From the NCBI GenBank assembly GCA_046716885.1, contig JBKJWL010000238.1, positions 30,830 through 94,829 on the forward strand: a stretch of DNA of 64,000 nucleotides, written 5' to 3'. Positions within the stretch are counted from its first letter, which is position 1. Each line of letters starts with the position of its first letter. The notes under the pieces are model-generated. The model searched no databases. It was not told the origin of the DNA and saw nothing but the letters and a program-made list of their open reading frames with translations. Both the position numbers and the translations under genes were made by a program. Of this stretch, positions 1 through 11,188 are shown piece after piece. This stretch comes from Thermoanaerobaculia bacterium. GTDB taxonomy: Bacteria; Acidobacteriota; Thermoanaerobaculia; UBA5066; Gp7-AA6.

Positions 1-342
1 GATGTCCAGGAGCCGGCGCGGAGCCAACGGCTCGTCTCCGCAAAGCTCGCGCAACGTGACGCCCTCGACGAGCTCCATGGCCGTGTAGAACGTCGAGTCC
101 GACGAGCCCACGTCGTAGATGGAGACGATGTGGGGATGGTTCAAGGCCGAGGCGGCGCGGGCCTCGAGCTCGAAGCGGCGCAGCCGGTCCCGGTCGCCGG
201 CGACCTCTCCCAGCAGGACCTTGATCGCGACCTCGCGCCCGAGGCGCGAGTCCTTCGCCCGGTAGACCTCCCCCATCCCTCCCGCGCCCAGAGGCGCGAG
301 GATCTCGTAGGGCCCGAGCTTCGTGCCGGCGGCGAGCGTCAC
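1..342 (-). CDS. Ser/Thr protein kinase, partial. Only the N-terminal ~114 aa lie in the window; the gene continues past coordinate 1.
   Basis: Minus-strand translation from a GTG at 342 reads [43 protein letters not shown], which is a Hanks kinase glycine loop and VAIK motif. It is nearly identical to the N-termini of the two downstream kinases. The GTG start overlaps the TGA stop of the upstream kinase (GTGA). Confidence 0.8.
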   Translation of the reverse strand, partial: MTLAAGTKLGPYEILAPLGAGGMGEVYRAKDSRLGREVAIKVLLGEVAGDRDRLRRFELEARAASALNHPHIVSIYDVGSSDSTFYTAMELVEGVTLRELCGDEPLAPRRLLDI

Positions 343-2921
343 TTCAGGCCTTCGACGAGCTGGAGGTACGAGAGAATTCGAAGGTAGCTGTACGCGTAGG
401 TCTTACCGTCCGGCGTAACGACGACGCGGCTGATGCTGCTCAGCCCGGCCGTGTCCGAAGCCGCGACCTCTTTCCAGGGATCCAGGCGGCCGGAAGCGAC
501 GTCGTACCGAAAAATCCTCGAGGGTATCGTGGCCTCCTCCTGGCAATACAAGGTCCGGCCGTCCGCCGTGAAGCGGATAGGTCGATACGCCATCGTCAGA
601 CCGGGGAGCGCCGTGGGCTCTCCACCCGCGAGCGGATACAGATAGAGCCTGCGATCGGGCCCGCTGACCGCGACGGCTTTCCCGTCGGGCGTGATGGCTC
701 CTCGGAACATCGAGTACCCCTCGGGAGTCAGCGCGCGGGATTTTCCTCCCGCGAGGTCGCGTACATAGAGCCGGGTGCCGCGTCCGGCCTCGCTGGCGGT
801 GAAGACGATGCTCTTTCCGTCCGGGAGAAAATCCGCGTTGAAGGGATCGGTGCCCTCGCGCGACAGCGCCCGCGGCTCGCCGACGCTCGTCGGCAGGAGG
901 ACGATGTGCGCCTCGGGCGTCAGGACAATCGAAAGCGCCCACGCACCGTCCGGGGAGAACGCTTCGGTCGCACCCGCGCCCAGACGAACCGCCGGCGAGC
1001 CGTCGGTCTTGCGGATATACGCCGAGTAGCCGGGCCCTCCCCCTTCGCCCGACTCCGTGATCAGCACCATGCGCCCGTCCGAAGAGATGTCGGTCACGAG
1101 CGAATAGTCGAGCCAGGAGAGCTCTCTCTCTTTTTCGTCGCCGGGACTGCGTGCAAGGACACCGAGGCGTGCGCTTTCATTCGTCATGAGCACACGCCCT
1201 TCCTTCGAGATGTCGCGGATGGTGCTGATCCCGGGAACGCGGCCCACGAGGCGCACGTTTCCAGACAGCGTCACGGCGTGGACGGCACGGTTGAAGCCTC
1301 CCTCGGCCGCCGTGTACCAGATCTCGGTGCCGCCTGCTCCCCAGGCCAGTCCTTGCACCGTCGCGTAGAGGGGAGTGAGGGTCTGTTTCTTGCCAGCCCC
1401 ATCGACGAGAGCCACCCGGCCGCCGTCGTCGTTCTGGAACGGGTGATCGATGAAGGCCACAACGTCTCCCTTCGGGGCCACGCGGGGATGGCTGATCCAA
1501 CCGGTCGTGTCGTAGATCGCCTTGCCAATCGGGAACTCGAGGCGGTTCTTGACGCCCACGTCCCGCACGATGGCCAGGCTCTGGCCGTCCGGGCTCCAGT
1601 CGGCCCACTGGACGTCGTCGAGGATGTCTCGGGGAGCTCCCCCCGCGATCGAGATGCGCGCCAGCCGCCCGGTGCGCACGAAGGAGTGCGCCACCCGGCG
1701 ATTGAGGGAGACCGCCATCTCTCCCGACTTCGAGATCGAGAGCACCTCGGCTTTCTCGAGCCCGAAGGGCCGGGATTCCGGGCTCTCGGGACGGTTGATG
1801 AAGACCTCGAAGGGCGCGCCCTCCCAGGAAGCCGAATAGACGACGGTCTGGCCGTCCGGAGCGAAGAGCGCGCCTCCGACCTCGCCGCGACTGAACGTGA
1901 TCTGGTGAAACTCGGGCGGATCCACGACGCCGGCTTTCTTGCCGGCGGAGTACACGAAGGGGCTCACGATCGCGGCCCCGAGGAGCGCAGCCAGCACCAG
2001 GGCCGGCCAGCGTCGCCGTTTGCCCTCCGCCGGGAGCGCTCGGGCCCCGGTCATCGTGGGCGCCGAGACACCCGACAGCGCTTCGAGGTCGAACGCGACG
2101 TCGCGCGCCGACTCGAACCGCTCCTCCGGGTTCTTTTCCAGACAGTGCCGCACGAGCCGGTCGAGCCCCGGATGGATCTCCTTGTTCGTCTGCGAGAGGT
2201 CCGGCGGCTCCTTGGACAGGATCGCGGTGATCGTGTCCGCCGCCGTGTCGCCCCGGAACGCCCGCTGCCCGGACAGCATCTCGTAGAGGATCGTCCCGAA
2301 GGCGAAGAGGTCGCTGCGCTTGTCGGCGGGCCTTCCGCGCACCTGCTCCGGCGACATGTAACCCATCGTCCCGAGCACGACCCCCGGCTCCGTGCCGCCC
2401 GAGACCGTCTTTAAATCCGTCTGGCCGCCGTCTTCTTTCTCCGCCTTCAGCTTCGCGAGGCCGAAGTCCAGGATCTTGACCCGCCCGTCCTTCGTCAGGA
2501 ACAGGTTCTCGGGCTTCAGGTCCCGGTGGATGATCCCCTTCTCGTGCGCAGCCGCCAGGCCCTTCGCGATCTGCACGGCATAGTCGATCGCCTTGCGCGC
2601 GGAGACAGGTCCCGCACCGAGCCGGCCGCGCAGGGTCTCGCCCTCGAGAAGCTCCGTCACGATGTACGGCGCCCCGTCGTGCATCCCGAAGTCGTAGACC
2701 GCGGTGATGCCCGGGTGGTTGAGCACTCCCGCCGCCCGCGCCTCCTGCTCGAATCGCTTCAAGCGATCGGGGTCCTGCGAGAACGACGCCGGGAGGACCT
2801 TGATGGCCACCTCGCGCCCGAGCCGCGGATCGCGCGCCCGGTAGACCTCCCCCATCCCTCCCGCGCCGATCGGCGCGAGGATCTCGTAGGGACCGAGGCG
2901 CGTGCCGGTGGAAAGCGCCAT
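339..2921 (-). CDS. Ser/Thr protein kinase with a C-terminal TolB-like (PD40/WD40) beta-propeller domain
   Basis: 860 aa ORF. It has [42 protein letters not shown] and SPEQ kinase motifs. A predicted transmembrane segment follows ([15 protein letters not shown]), then repeated PDG/SPDG beta-propeller blades. Confidence 0.9.
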   Translation of the reverse strand: MALSTGTRLGPYEILAPIGAGGMGEVYRARDPRLGREVAIKVLPASFSQDPDRLKRFEQEARAAGVLNHPGITAVYDFGMHDGAPYIVTELLEGETLRGRLGAGPVSARKAIDYAVQIAKGLAAAHEKGIIHRDLKPENLFLTKDGRVKILDFGLAKLKAEKEDGGQTDLKTVSGGTEPGVVLGTMGYMSPEQVRGRPADKRSDLFAFGTILYEMLSGQRAFRGDTAADTITAILSKEPPDLSQTNKEIHPGLDRLVRHCLEKNPEERFESARDVAFDLEALSGVSAPTMTGARALPAEGKRRRWPALVLAALLGAAIVSPFVYSAGKKAGVVDPPEFHQITFSRGEVGGALFAPDGQTVVYSASWEGAPFEVFINRPESPESRPFGLEKAEVLSISKSGEMAVSLNRRVAHSFVRTGRLARISIAGGAPRDILDDVQWADWSPDGQSLAIVRDVGVKNRLEFPIGKAIYDTTGWISHPRVAPKGDVVAFIDHPFQNDDGGRVALVDGAGKKQTLTPLYATVQGLAWGAGGTEIWYTAAEGGFNRAVHAVTLSGNVRLVGRVPGISTIRDISKEGRVLMTNESARLGVLARSPGDEKERELSWLDYSLVTDISSDGRMVLITESGEGGGPGYSAYIRKTDGSPAVRLGAGATEAFSPDGAWALSIVLTPEAHIVLLPTSVGEPRALSREGTDPFNADFLPDGKSIVFTASEAGRGTRLYVRDLAGGKSRALTPEGYSMFRGAITPDGKAVAVSGPDRRLYLYPLAGGEPTALPGLTMAYRPIRFTADGRTLYCQEEATIPSRIFRYDVASGRLDPWKEVAASDTAGLSSISRVVVTPDGKTYAYSYLRILSYLQLVEGLK

Positions 2922-5498
2922 CTATTCGAGCCCCTCGACGACGTACAGATCCGCCAGGCTCCGGATGTAGGAATACGCATACGCTTTTCGGTCGGGCGTG
3001 ATCCACACCGGCCCGATCGTCGCGATGCCGGCCGGATCCGGAGGCATGAGCTCCCTCCAGAGCTCCTTGCGCCCGGAGCGGACGTCGAGCAGCAAGACCC
3101 TCGCGGGCACCTCGCCTCGCCGGCGCACGAACAGAGAGCGACCGTCCGCCCAGACGTCCGCAACGTCGCCGGCCACCAGGCCCGGGATCGGCGTCGGCTC
3201 GCCTCCATCGACCGGATACAGGTAGAAGCGTTGATCGGGACCAACAACGGTGACCACCCTTCCGTCCGGTGACACGCCCCTCCCGAACATCCGGTAACCC
3301 TCGGGCGAGATGGCCCGGGGCTTCGCATCTTCGATCCCCTGCACCCATAGGCGGGCGCCGCGTTCGGGCTCGTTGCCGGAGAAGATCATCCTGCGTCCGT
3401 CGGGAAGCCAGGAGGCCTGCTCGATTCGAAGGCCGCTCGCCGGAAACGTCTTCGGCTCTCCGATGCCGATCGGATACAGGACGATCCGCTGGTCCGGGAC
3501 CGCTCCCACGATCGAGAGCGCCAGCCGCCCGTCGGGAGAGAGACCGTACGTCGTCCCCCGACCCAGACGCACGGCGGGCGATCCGTCGGCCTTGCGCACG
3601 TAGACGGAGTAGCCGGGCCCGCCCCCTTCTCCGCTCTCGTCGAAGAGGAGGGTCCGGCCGTCGGGCGATAGATCTCGGATGAGAGACCAGTCGAGCCACG
3701 AGAAGTCGTGTTCCTTCTCCGCGCCGGGCACGAGCGCGGAGATCCCCTGCCGGGCCTTGTCCTGGACGATCAGCACGCGGCCGGCCTTCGAGACGTCCTG
3801 GATCGTGAGACCGCCGGTCCCCTGGGTCAGCACCCGCACGCGGCCGGCGCGCGTCGCCGCGTGAAGCGCCCGGTTGAACCCGACGGATGCGCCCGTGAAC
3901 CACACCTCGGATCCATCGGGCGACCAGCAGAGCCCCTGGGCGCTCGCGAAGAATCCCGAGATCGTCCGGCGCTTGCCCTTGCGGTCGACGATCGCGGCCA
4001 AACCCCCGTCGTCTCCCCTGACGGGATGGTCCAGGAACGCGACTTCGTCGCCGCGCGGCGAGACACGCGGGTGCCCGATCCACCCGGCCGTCTCGTACAG
4101 GACTCGGCCGACCGGGAGCTCGAGCCGGACCTTTCCGCCGACCTCGCGGACGATCGCCAGGCTCTGCCCGTCCGGGGCCCACTCGGCCCACTGGATGTCC
4201 TCGAGAATTTCCTTGGGGGCGCTTCCACCGGTCATTCCGAGACGGGCGAGCGTGCCGGTTCTGGTAAAGGGGATCGAAACGCGGCGGCCCAGCGAAACCG
4301 CCATCTCTCCGGACGGGGATACGGACAGCACCTCCGCTCCGGACAGACCAAACGGGCGCGACTCGGGGCTGTCGAGACGAGAAACGAAGATCTCCATCGG
4401 CCTTCCGTCCCAGCTCGCCGAGTAGAGAATCGTCTGGCCGTCCGGCGCGAACCGCGCCGAGCCAATCGTGCCGCGGCGAAACGTGAGCTGCCGAAACGAC
4501 GCCGGAGCGACGTCTCCCGCTCTCTTGCCGGCCCAAAAGGCCGCCGCCATTCCCGCCAGCGCGACCGCGACGCCGACGAGCAGCGGCACCCGGCGGCGCC
4601 TGAAGGGCGAACGCGTCTCCGCTGCCGCCCTTGGGGTGGAGACCCCGGAGAGCGCCTCGAGGTCGAACGCGAGGTCGTGCGCCGAGTGGAACCGCTCCTC
4701 CGGATTCTTCTCCAGGCAGTGGCGCACGACCCGCTCGAGCCCGGGTTCGACGTTCTTGTTCGTGGCCGAAAGGTCCGGCGGCTCCTCCCGGAGGATCGCC
4801 GACATCGTCTCGGCCGCGGAGTCCCGATGGAAGGCGCGCGAGCCGGAGAGCATCTCGTACAGGACTGCCCCGAACGCGAAGATGTCCGAGCGCTGGTCCG
4901 CCGGCTTTCCCTTGACCTGCTCGGGAGCCATGTAGCCCAGCGTGCCGAGGACCACGCCGGGCTCGGTCCCCGGCGTGGCCGTCGGGAGATTCGTCTGCGG
5001 GCTGGTCTGGCCCTCGAGTTCGGTCAATTTGGCGAGGCCGAAGTCCAGGATCTTGACGCGTCCGTCTTTGGTGACGAACAGGTTCTCGGGCTTCAGGTCC
5101 CGGTGCACGATCCCCTTCTCGTGCGCCGCGGCCAGCCCGTGCGCGATCTGGATCCCGTAATCCGTCGCCTTGCGCACGGGCAGGGCGCCGCCGGAAAGAC
5201 GCGCCCGCAGCGTCTCTCCCTCCAGGAGCTCGGTGACGATGTACGGCGAGCCGTCGTGCGACCCGAGGTCGTAGACCGCGGTGATGTTGGGATGGTTCAG
5301 GCCTCCTGCGGTCTGCGCCTCCTGCTCGAACCGGTGCAGGCGCTCCGGGTCCTGCGAGAAGGACGCCGGCAGCACCTTGACCGCGACCTCTCGCCGAAGC
5401 CGCTCGTCCCGCGCCCGGTAGACTTCGCCCATCCCTCCCGCGCCGATCGGCGCGAGGATCTCGTAGGGGCCCAGACGCGAGCCTGCGGAAAGCGGCAT
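2922..5498 (-). CDS. Ser/Thr protein kinase with a C-terminal TolB-like beta-propeller; paralog of the downstream kinase
   Basis: It has the same motif set, starting [34 protein letters not shown]. The ORF-track start at 5645 would overlap the dodecin gene, so the start is moved to the in-frame ATG at 5498, which matches the paralog N-terminus. The TAG stop is immediately followed by the ATG of the next kinase. Confidence 0.85.
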   Translation of the reverse strand: MPLSAGSRLGPYEILAPIGAGGMGEVYRARDERLRREVAVKVLPASFSQDPERLHRFEQEAQTAGGLNHPNITAVYDLGSHDGSPYIVTELLEGETLRARLSGGALPVRKATDYGIQIAHGLAAAHEKGIVHRDLKPENLFVTKDGRVKILDFGLAKLTELEGQTSPQTNLPTATPGTEPGVVLGTLGYMAPEQVKGKPADQRSDIFAFGAVLYEMLSGSRAFHRDSAAETMSAILREEPPDLSATNKNVEPGLERVVRHCLEKNPEERFHSAHDLAFDLEALSGVSTPRAAAETRSPFRRRRVPLLVGVAVALAGMAAAFWAGKRAGDVAPASFRQLTFRRGTIGSARFAPDGQTILYSASWDGRPMEIFVSRLDSPESRPFGLSGAEVLSVSPSGEMAVSLGRRVSIPFTRTGTLARLGMTGGSAPKEILEDIQWAEWAPDGQSLAIVREVGGKVRLELPVGRVLYETAGWIGHPRVSPRGDEVAFLDHPVRGDDGGLAAIVDRKGKRRTISGFFASAQGLCWSPDGSEVWFTGASVGFNRALHAATRAGRVRVLTQGTGGLTIQDVSKAGRVLIVQDKARQGISALVPGAEKEHDFSWLDWSLIRDLSPDGRTLLFDESGEGGGPGYSVYVRKADGSPAVRLGRGTTYGLSPDGRLALSIVGAVPDQRIVLYPIGIGEPKTFPASGLRIEQASWLPDGRRMIFSGNEPERGARLWVQGIEDAKPRAISPEGYRMFGRGVSPDGRVVTVVGPDQRFYLYPVDGGEPTPIPGLVAGDVADVWADGRSLFVRRRGEVPARVLLLDVRSGRKELWRELMPPDPAGIATIGPVWITPDRKAYAYSYIRSLADLYVVEGLE

Positions 5499-5554
5499 GA
5501 GGCGCGGGAATTCTACGACGGACGCGGACCGCGCGGCGGAGTCATCGACTCGGA

Positions 5555-5758
5555 TCAGTTTTTTAGGACGAAGGTGACTTTTAGAGTCACCCGATACTCC
5601 GAGACTTTCCCCTTCTCGACGACGACCTTCTGCGACTTGATCCATGCCGACCGGACGTTTTGCAGGGTCTTGTCGGCCCGCTTGATCCCCGCGTCGATGG
5701 CGTCCTCGAAGCTCTTCGACGACGCAGCGATGATCTCGGTGACTCTCGCGACGGACAT
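5555..5758 (-). CDS. Dodecin (small flavin-binding protein)
   Basis: 67 aa from the ATG at 5758, preceded by GAGGAGG. The sequence MSVARVTEIIAASSKSFEDAIDAGIKRADKTLQNVRSAWIKSQKVVVEKGKVSEYRVTLKVTFVLKN aligns along its whole length with archaeal and bacterial dodecins. Confidence 0.75.
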   Translation of the reverse strand: MSVARVTEIIAASSKSFEDAIDAGIKRADKTLQNVRSAWIKSQKVVVEKGKVSEYRVTLKVTFVLKN

Positions 5759-5845
5759 GATTCCTCCTCGTCCCGGTAGAGCCGGGACGGGCACAGTCTA
5801 ATCACGAGCGGGACGCGCCCGGCTCAATTTTCGGAGGTGACAGCT

Positions 5846-7066
<1,221 letters not shown>

Positions 7067-7195
7067 GGCGAGCAGCGCGAACCGCAGGTTCTCGCCGAAT
7101 CCGCGGCGCAGATGCTGGAAGAGGGAGCTCAGAGGGTGACTCTAGCCGAGGACAATTCTCCGCTCTCGTCGGCGCGTCGAGCGCCGCTCAAACCG

Positions 7196-8470
7196 TCACT
7201 CGTAACGCAGCGCTTCGATCGGGTCCAGGCGGGAGGCCTTCACGGCCGGATACAGGCCGAAGAAGATTCCGACCGACATCGAGACGATGAGGCCGACCAG
7301 GATCGCCCAGATGGGCGTTTCAGCCGGAAGCGCGGGGAACACGGCCTTGATCGCCGCCGGGAACACGACGCCGACCACGACGCCGATGGCGCCGCCGAGG
7401 AGCGACAGTGTCGTCGCTTCGGTCAGGAACTGCAGGACGATGTCGCGCCTGAACGCCCCCACGGCCTTACGCACGCCGATCTCCCGCGTCCGCTCGGTGA
7501 CCGAAACGAGCATGATGTTCATGACGCCGACACCGCCGATCAGGAGCGAGATCATCGCGATGAAGATCATCGCGCCCGCGATTCCGTTCGTGATGCCCTG
7601 GAAGCTCTCGATCATCTTGTCCGGCGTCAGGATGTAGAAGTCGTCCTCGGCGTCGAAGCGCACCTGCCGGCGGGCGCGCAGAAGCGCGCGCCCCTTCTCG
7701 ACGACGATCGGGACCTGGTCCGGGTGGTACGGCACGGTCGCGATGTGAATCGTGTCGCCCCGGCTCGTCTTGATCTGCGGAAACTGGTGGTCGAAGGTCG
7801 AAAAGGGGATCAGGAACCAGTGGTTGCTCGAGCCTCCGCCGAAGTCGCCCTTCGACTCCAGGATGCCCACGACCGTGTACTTCCAGCCGTTCAACTCTAC
7901 GGTCTTGTTGAGCGGGCTCTCGTTCGGGAAGAGCGCCTTCTGAACGTCCTGGCCGATGACGGCGACTGTCGACGAATGCTCGATGTCCGCCTCGGTGAAG
8001 AACCGCCCGTGCTCGACGAAGTGGTTGTTCGCGAGCGAGTAGTCGGGATAGACGCCCGCGACCGTCGGCTCGGTGGACTCGTTGCCCCGGTATTTGACGC
8101 TGACGTTCGTATCCCACAGGTAGCGCTCCGGGGAGACCGCGCGGATCTCGGGAATCTGAGCCTTCAGCGCCAGAGCATCGTCCAGCGTCAGGTCCTTGCG
8201 GTTCCGCTCGTCGTCGGAGCGGTGGCCCGGACCGAAGCGCATCGAAAACTTCTGGAACTGCACCAGGGTCGCCCCGAAGCTCTGAAACTGGCGGACCATG
8301 CCGTTATTGAACCCCGTGACGATCGAGACCATGGTGATCACGGTGGCCACGCCGACCACGATGCCCAGCACCGTCAGGCCCGCCCGCAGCTTGTGCGCGC
8401 GAACGGCCAGCATCGCGAAACGGAGGTTCTCTCCGAAGCCGCGGCGCAGGTGAGAGATCAGGGATGACAC
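7196..8470 (-). CDS. ABC transporter permease, FtsX/MacB family
   Basis: It carries the same signature motifs and has a GTG start at 8470. Its N- and C-termini are almost identical to the 5846..7066 gene. Confidence 0.85.
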   Translation of the reverse strand: MSSLISHLRRGFGENLRFAMLAVRAHKLRAGLTVLGIVVGVATVITMVSIVTGFNNGMVRQFQSFGATLVQFQKFSMRFGPGHRSDDERNRKDLTLDDALALKAQIPEIRAVSPERYLWDTNVSVKYRGNESTEPTVAGVYPDYSLANNHFVEHGRFFTEADIEHSSTVAVIGQDVQKALFPNESPLNKTVELNGWKYTVVGILESKGDFGGGSSNHWFLIPFSTFDHQFPQIKTSRGDTIHIATVPYHPDQVPIVVEKGRALLRARRQVRFDAEDDFYILTPDKMIESFQGITNGIAGAMIFIAMISLLIGGVGVMNIMLVSVTERTREIGVRKAVGAFRRDIVLQFLTEATTLSLLGGAIGVVVGVVFPAAIKAVFPALPAETPIWAILVGLIVSMSVGIFFGLYPAVKASRLDPIEALRYE

Positions 8471-8477
8471 GGTTGGC

Positions 8478-9692
8478 TCACTCGTACCGAAGGGCTTCGA
8501 CCGGGGGCAGCTTGCTCGCCTGATTCGACGGAATCCAGCCCGCGAGCAGGCCCGTCACCGTCGCCACGGCGATGCCGAGAAGAATGAAGGAGGGACGCAC
8601 CTGCGCCGGGAAGACCTGGTTGACGGCGAAGGCGATCAGGGCCCCGAGGATGACGCCGATGATCCCGCCGACCGACGACAGCATCGCCGCCTCGAGCAGG
8701 AACTGGCGGCGGATGTCCTTGCGCCGCGCGCCGAGCGCGCGCCGCACGCCGATTTCCTTGGTCCGCTCGACGACGGAGACGAACATGATGTTCGCGATCA
8801 CGATTGCGCCGACCACCAGCGAGATCCCCGAGATGAGGATCATCAGCAGGAAGGCTCCCGCCGAAATGCCCCTCCACAGGGTCTGGAGGAGCTCGGCCGT
8901 GACAAGGCCGAACGGGTCGTCGTTCTCGAATCCGGTCTTGCGCAGCGCGCGGAGAATGGTCCGCACCTCGTCGGTGGCGGCCGTCACGCCCTCGACACCC
9001 GCCTTGGGCTTGATGAAGATGCCGATGTCCTCGGTGGGGGCGATGTGCTTGTGGAACAGGGTGAGCGGAATGAAGATGACGTTGTCCTGGCTCTGCCCCA
9101 TCACGCTGCCCTGCTTGGCGAGAGTCCCGATGATCTTGACCGGATAGCCGTCGATCTTCATCGTGCGGCCGATCGGGTCGATGTTCGGAAAGAGCTCGTC
9201 CTGGACGTCCCAGCCGATCACCGCAACCGCCGCGGAGTGTTCGTACTCGGTCTGGGTGAAATAGCGCCCGTTGTCGATGTCGAAGCTCATCGCCTCGACC
9301 ATGTTCGGCGTGTGGCCCTGGATCTCCACCTGGGGGAGCTTGTGCTCGCCGTACTTGACCGGGCGGCGGCGGTCGCCCCGCGCCCCGACGCTCGCGCAGA
9401 GCCGGCACTCGCGGCGCACGATCTCCATGTCGGTGAGCGTCAGGTCCTTGCGTTTGCGCGCCATCAGCCACTCTTCGCGGCTGGTGATGATCCCGTACTT
9501 GGTGAAGATGACGATGTCGGGGTTCAGACCGATGATCTTGTCCTTGACGTAGGCGTTGAGGCCCGAGATGACCGATACGACCCCGACGACGGTGGCGACC
9601 CCGATGATGACGCCGAGCAGCGTCAGGAAGGCGCGCAGCTTGTGGCGCGTCAGCGCCGCCGCCGAGACGCGGAAGAGCTCCGAGGTCGTCAC
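8478..9692 (-). CDS. ABC transporter permease, FtsX/MacB family (more divergent third paralog)
   Basis: It has the ERTKEIGVRRALGARRKDIRRQFLLEA motif and 4 TM segments. The GTG start at 9692 overlaps the TGA stop of the upstream adaptor gene (GTGA). Confidence 0.85.
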   Translation of the reverse strand: MTTSELFRVSAAALTRHKLRAFLTLLGVIIGVATVVGVVSVISGLNAYVKDKIIGLNPDIVIFTKYGIITSREEWLMARKRKDLTLTDMEIVRRECRLCASVGARGDRRRPVKYGEHKLPQVEIQGHTPNMVEAMSFDIDNGRYFTQTEYEHSAAVAVIGWDVQDELFPNIDPIGRTMKIDGYPVKIIGTLAKQGSVMGQSQDNVIFIPLTLFHKHIAPTEDIGIFIKPKAGVEGVTAATDEVRTILRALRKTGFENDDPFGLVTAELLQTLWRGISAGAFLLMILISGISLVVGAIVIANIMFVSVVERTKEIGVRRALGARRKDIRRQFLLEAAMLSSVGGIIGVILGALIAFAVNQVFPAQVRPSFILLGIAVATVTGLLAGWIPSNQASKLPPVEALRYE

Positions 9693-10945
9693 GCGGGTTT
9701 CGAACCGCCCTTCTTGTCGCCTTCCTTTTCGATCAGGACCTTGTCGCCCTCCTTGATCTGCCGCAGGACCTTGAAGGGGCCGGTGACGATGTCCTGGCCG
9801 ACTTTGGGGCCCTTCTTCACTTCGATCATGAGCTCGCCGGCGATGCCTGGCTCGACCTTCTCGAAGACGAGCTTGCCGTCTTTGACGGTGTACACGCCCT
9901 CTTCCGTCTCGGGCCGGGAGGCGGCCTTCGGGGCCTTGTCCTTGGCCGGCACGTCTCGCACGACGAGCGCCTGGATCGGAATCGTCGTCGCGCCCTGGCG
10001 CCGGCCGGTGACCACGTCGGCGGTCACGGAAAAGCCGGGGCGGATCGTGGGCGGCGGATTGTCGAGCCGGATCTTCACCTTAAAATTGATCGCTTCGGAG
10101 TTCGCCGTCAGCGACAGCAGGTCGGGGTCGTTCTTGGCGATCGGCGAGGAGCCCACCTCGGTGACCGTGCCCTCGAACTTCTGGTTCGGATACGCGTCGA
10201 TCGAGAGCGTCGCCTTCTGCCCGGGCGTCACCTGCGGCACGGAGGTCTCGTCGACCATCATCACGGCCTCGACTTCGGCCATGTCGGAGACCGTCATGAG
10301 CTGCGTCCCGGCGTTGTTCATGGTTCCGATGACCGTGACCTCGCCCTCCTTGATCGGGAGAAACGTCACGATGCCCTCGAGCGGCGAGGTGACCGTGGTC
10401 TTCGACAGCGAGTCACGGCTCGCCGCCAGGTCGGCCATCGTCGAGCGCATGCGCTGATCGGTGGCGGCGAGGTTGGCCTGGGCCGTGTCGTAGGACGCCC
10501 TTGCCTTCTGGAGCTCGGCTTCCGAGAGGATTTTTCCCTTGAAATTCACGTTGGCGCGGTCGTAGTCGCGCTTGGACTGCTCGGCCGTGGCGCGGGCCGC
10601 CTGGAGGTCGCTGCGCATGGCCGCCAGGCTGGCTTCCCGCCCCTGGGCCTGGGCGGCGAGCTGGGCGCGGTCGATCTGGAGCAGGAGCTGCCCCTTCTTG
10701 ACCTTATCGCCCTCCTTGACCGCGAGGTTCACGATCTGGCCCATGACGAGGGCCGACAGGTCCACCTTGCGGCGAGCCTGGATCTTGCCGTTGGCCGTCA
10801 CCTTGGAGACCAGGTCCATCTTCTCGACCTTGGCCGTGGTGACCCGGGGGACGTTCTTGTCCCTGCCGCGGATAAACGCCGTCAGGGCGCCAACGACGAC
10901 GACACCCCCCACCAGCCCCAGAATGATTTTGGTCCTCTTCGACAT
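9689..10945 (-). CDS. Efflux periplasmic adaptor (membrane fusion protein, HlyD/MacA-like)
   Basis: It has an N-terminal TM followed by a biotinyl-lipoyl-like hairpin (GKIQARRKVDLSALVMGQIVNLAVKEGDKVKKGQLLLQID), a coiled-coil and a beta-barrel domain. It is the first gene of the operon, ahead of the three permeases. Confidence 0.85.
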   Translation of the reverse strand: MSKRTKIILGLVGGVVVVGALTAFIRGRDKNVPRVTTAKVEKMDLVSKVTANGKIQARRKVDLSALVMGQIVNLAVKEGDKVKKGQLLLQIDRAQLAAQAQGREASLAAMRSDLQAARATAEQSKRDYDRANVNFKGKILSEAELQKARASYDTAQANLAATDQRMRSTMADLAASRDSLSKTTVTSPLEGIVTFLPIKEGEVTVIGTMNNAGTQLMTVSDMAEVEAVMMVDETSVPQVTPGQKATLSIDAYPNQKFEGTVTEVGSSPIAKNDPDLLSLTANSEAINFKVKIRLDNPPPTIRPGFSVTADVVTGRRQGATTIPIQALVVRDVPAKDKAPKAASRPETEEGVYTVKDGKLVFEKVEPGIAGELMIEVKKGPKVGQDIVTGPFKVLRQIKEGDKVLIEKEGDKKGGSKPA

Positions 10946-11067
10946 CCCTCAACCTCCGGCTGAACGCGGTTTTCCAGCGTATGGTGTTCTACGAAAGGGG
11001 GGTGCGAAAGTTCAGGCCCCCCAGACCATTGAAAAGGCTGGGAGTTTTCGTTAGCCTCTCGCCCCCT

Positions 11068-11144
11068 GCGCCCATAGCTCAATTGGATAGAGCGTCTGAC
11101 TACGGATCAGGAGGTTGGGGGTTCGACTCCCTCTGGGCGCACCA
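11068..11144 (+). tRNA. tRNA-Arg (anticodon ACG)
   Basis: GCGCCCATAGCTCAATTGGATAGAGCGTCTGACTACGGATCAGGAGGTTGGGGGTTCGACTCCCTCTGGGCGCACCA folds as a cloverleaf with a 7 bp acceptor stem, D-stem GCTC/GAGC, anticodon loop CU-ACG-GA, a TTCGACT T-loop and an encoded CCA. Confidence 0.9.
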
Positions 11145-11188
11145 CCGACTCCCGGCTCTCGATTCCTGACTGGGGTAGCCTCCCCTCC

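Noticed and set aside
1177-4536. 1119 aa minus-strand ORF spanning both kinase genes
   Set aside because: It is an Arg/Gly/Pro-rich translation of an alternative frame of the kinase genes. It has no recognisable motifs, while the kinase frames have complete Hanks motif sets. It is a GC-driven spurious ORF.
2922-5645. N-terminal extensions proposed by the ORF track for kinase 2922..5645 and for ftsZ 23842..25413, ftsA 25050..26357, murC 27086..28738, murD 30678..32735, mraY 32099..33577, murE 34541..37693 and ftsI 36001..38394
   Set aside because: The extensions overlap upstream genes in other frames, are Arg/Pro-rich and lack conservation. Conserved N-termini with RBS-supported ATG/GTG starts are found internally. 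All of these were trimmed.
10946-11067. GGGGGG...CCCCCC hairpin (about 11003-11030) in the divergent region between the efflux operon and tRNA-Arg
   Set aside because: It is a short imperfect stem with no U-tract, and its position (upstream of both flanking genes) does not fit a terminator. It may be regulatory, but there is too little evidence to call it.
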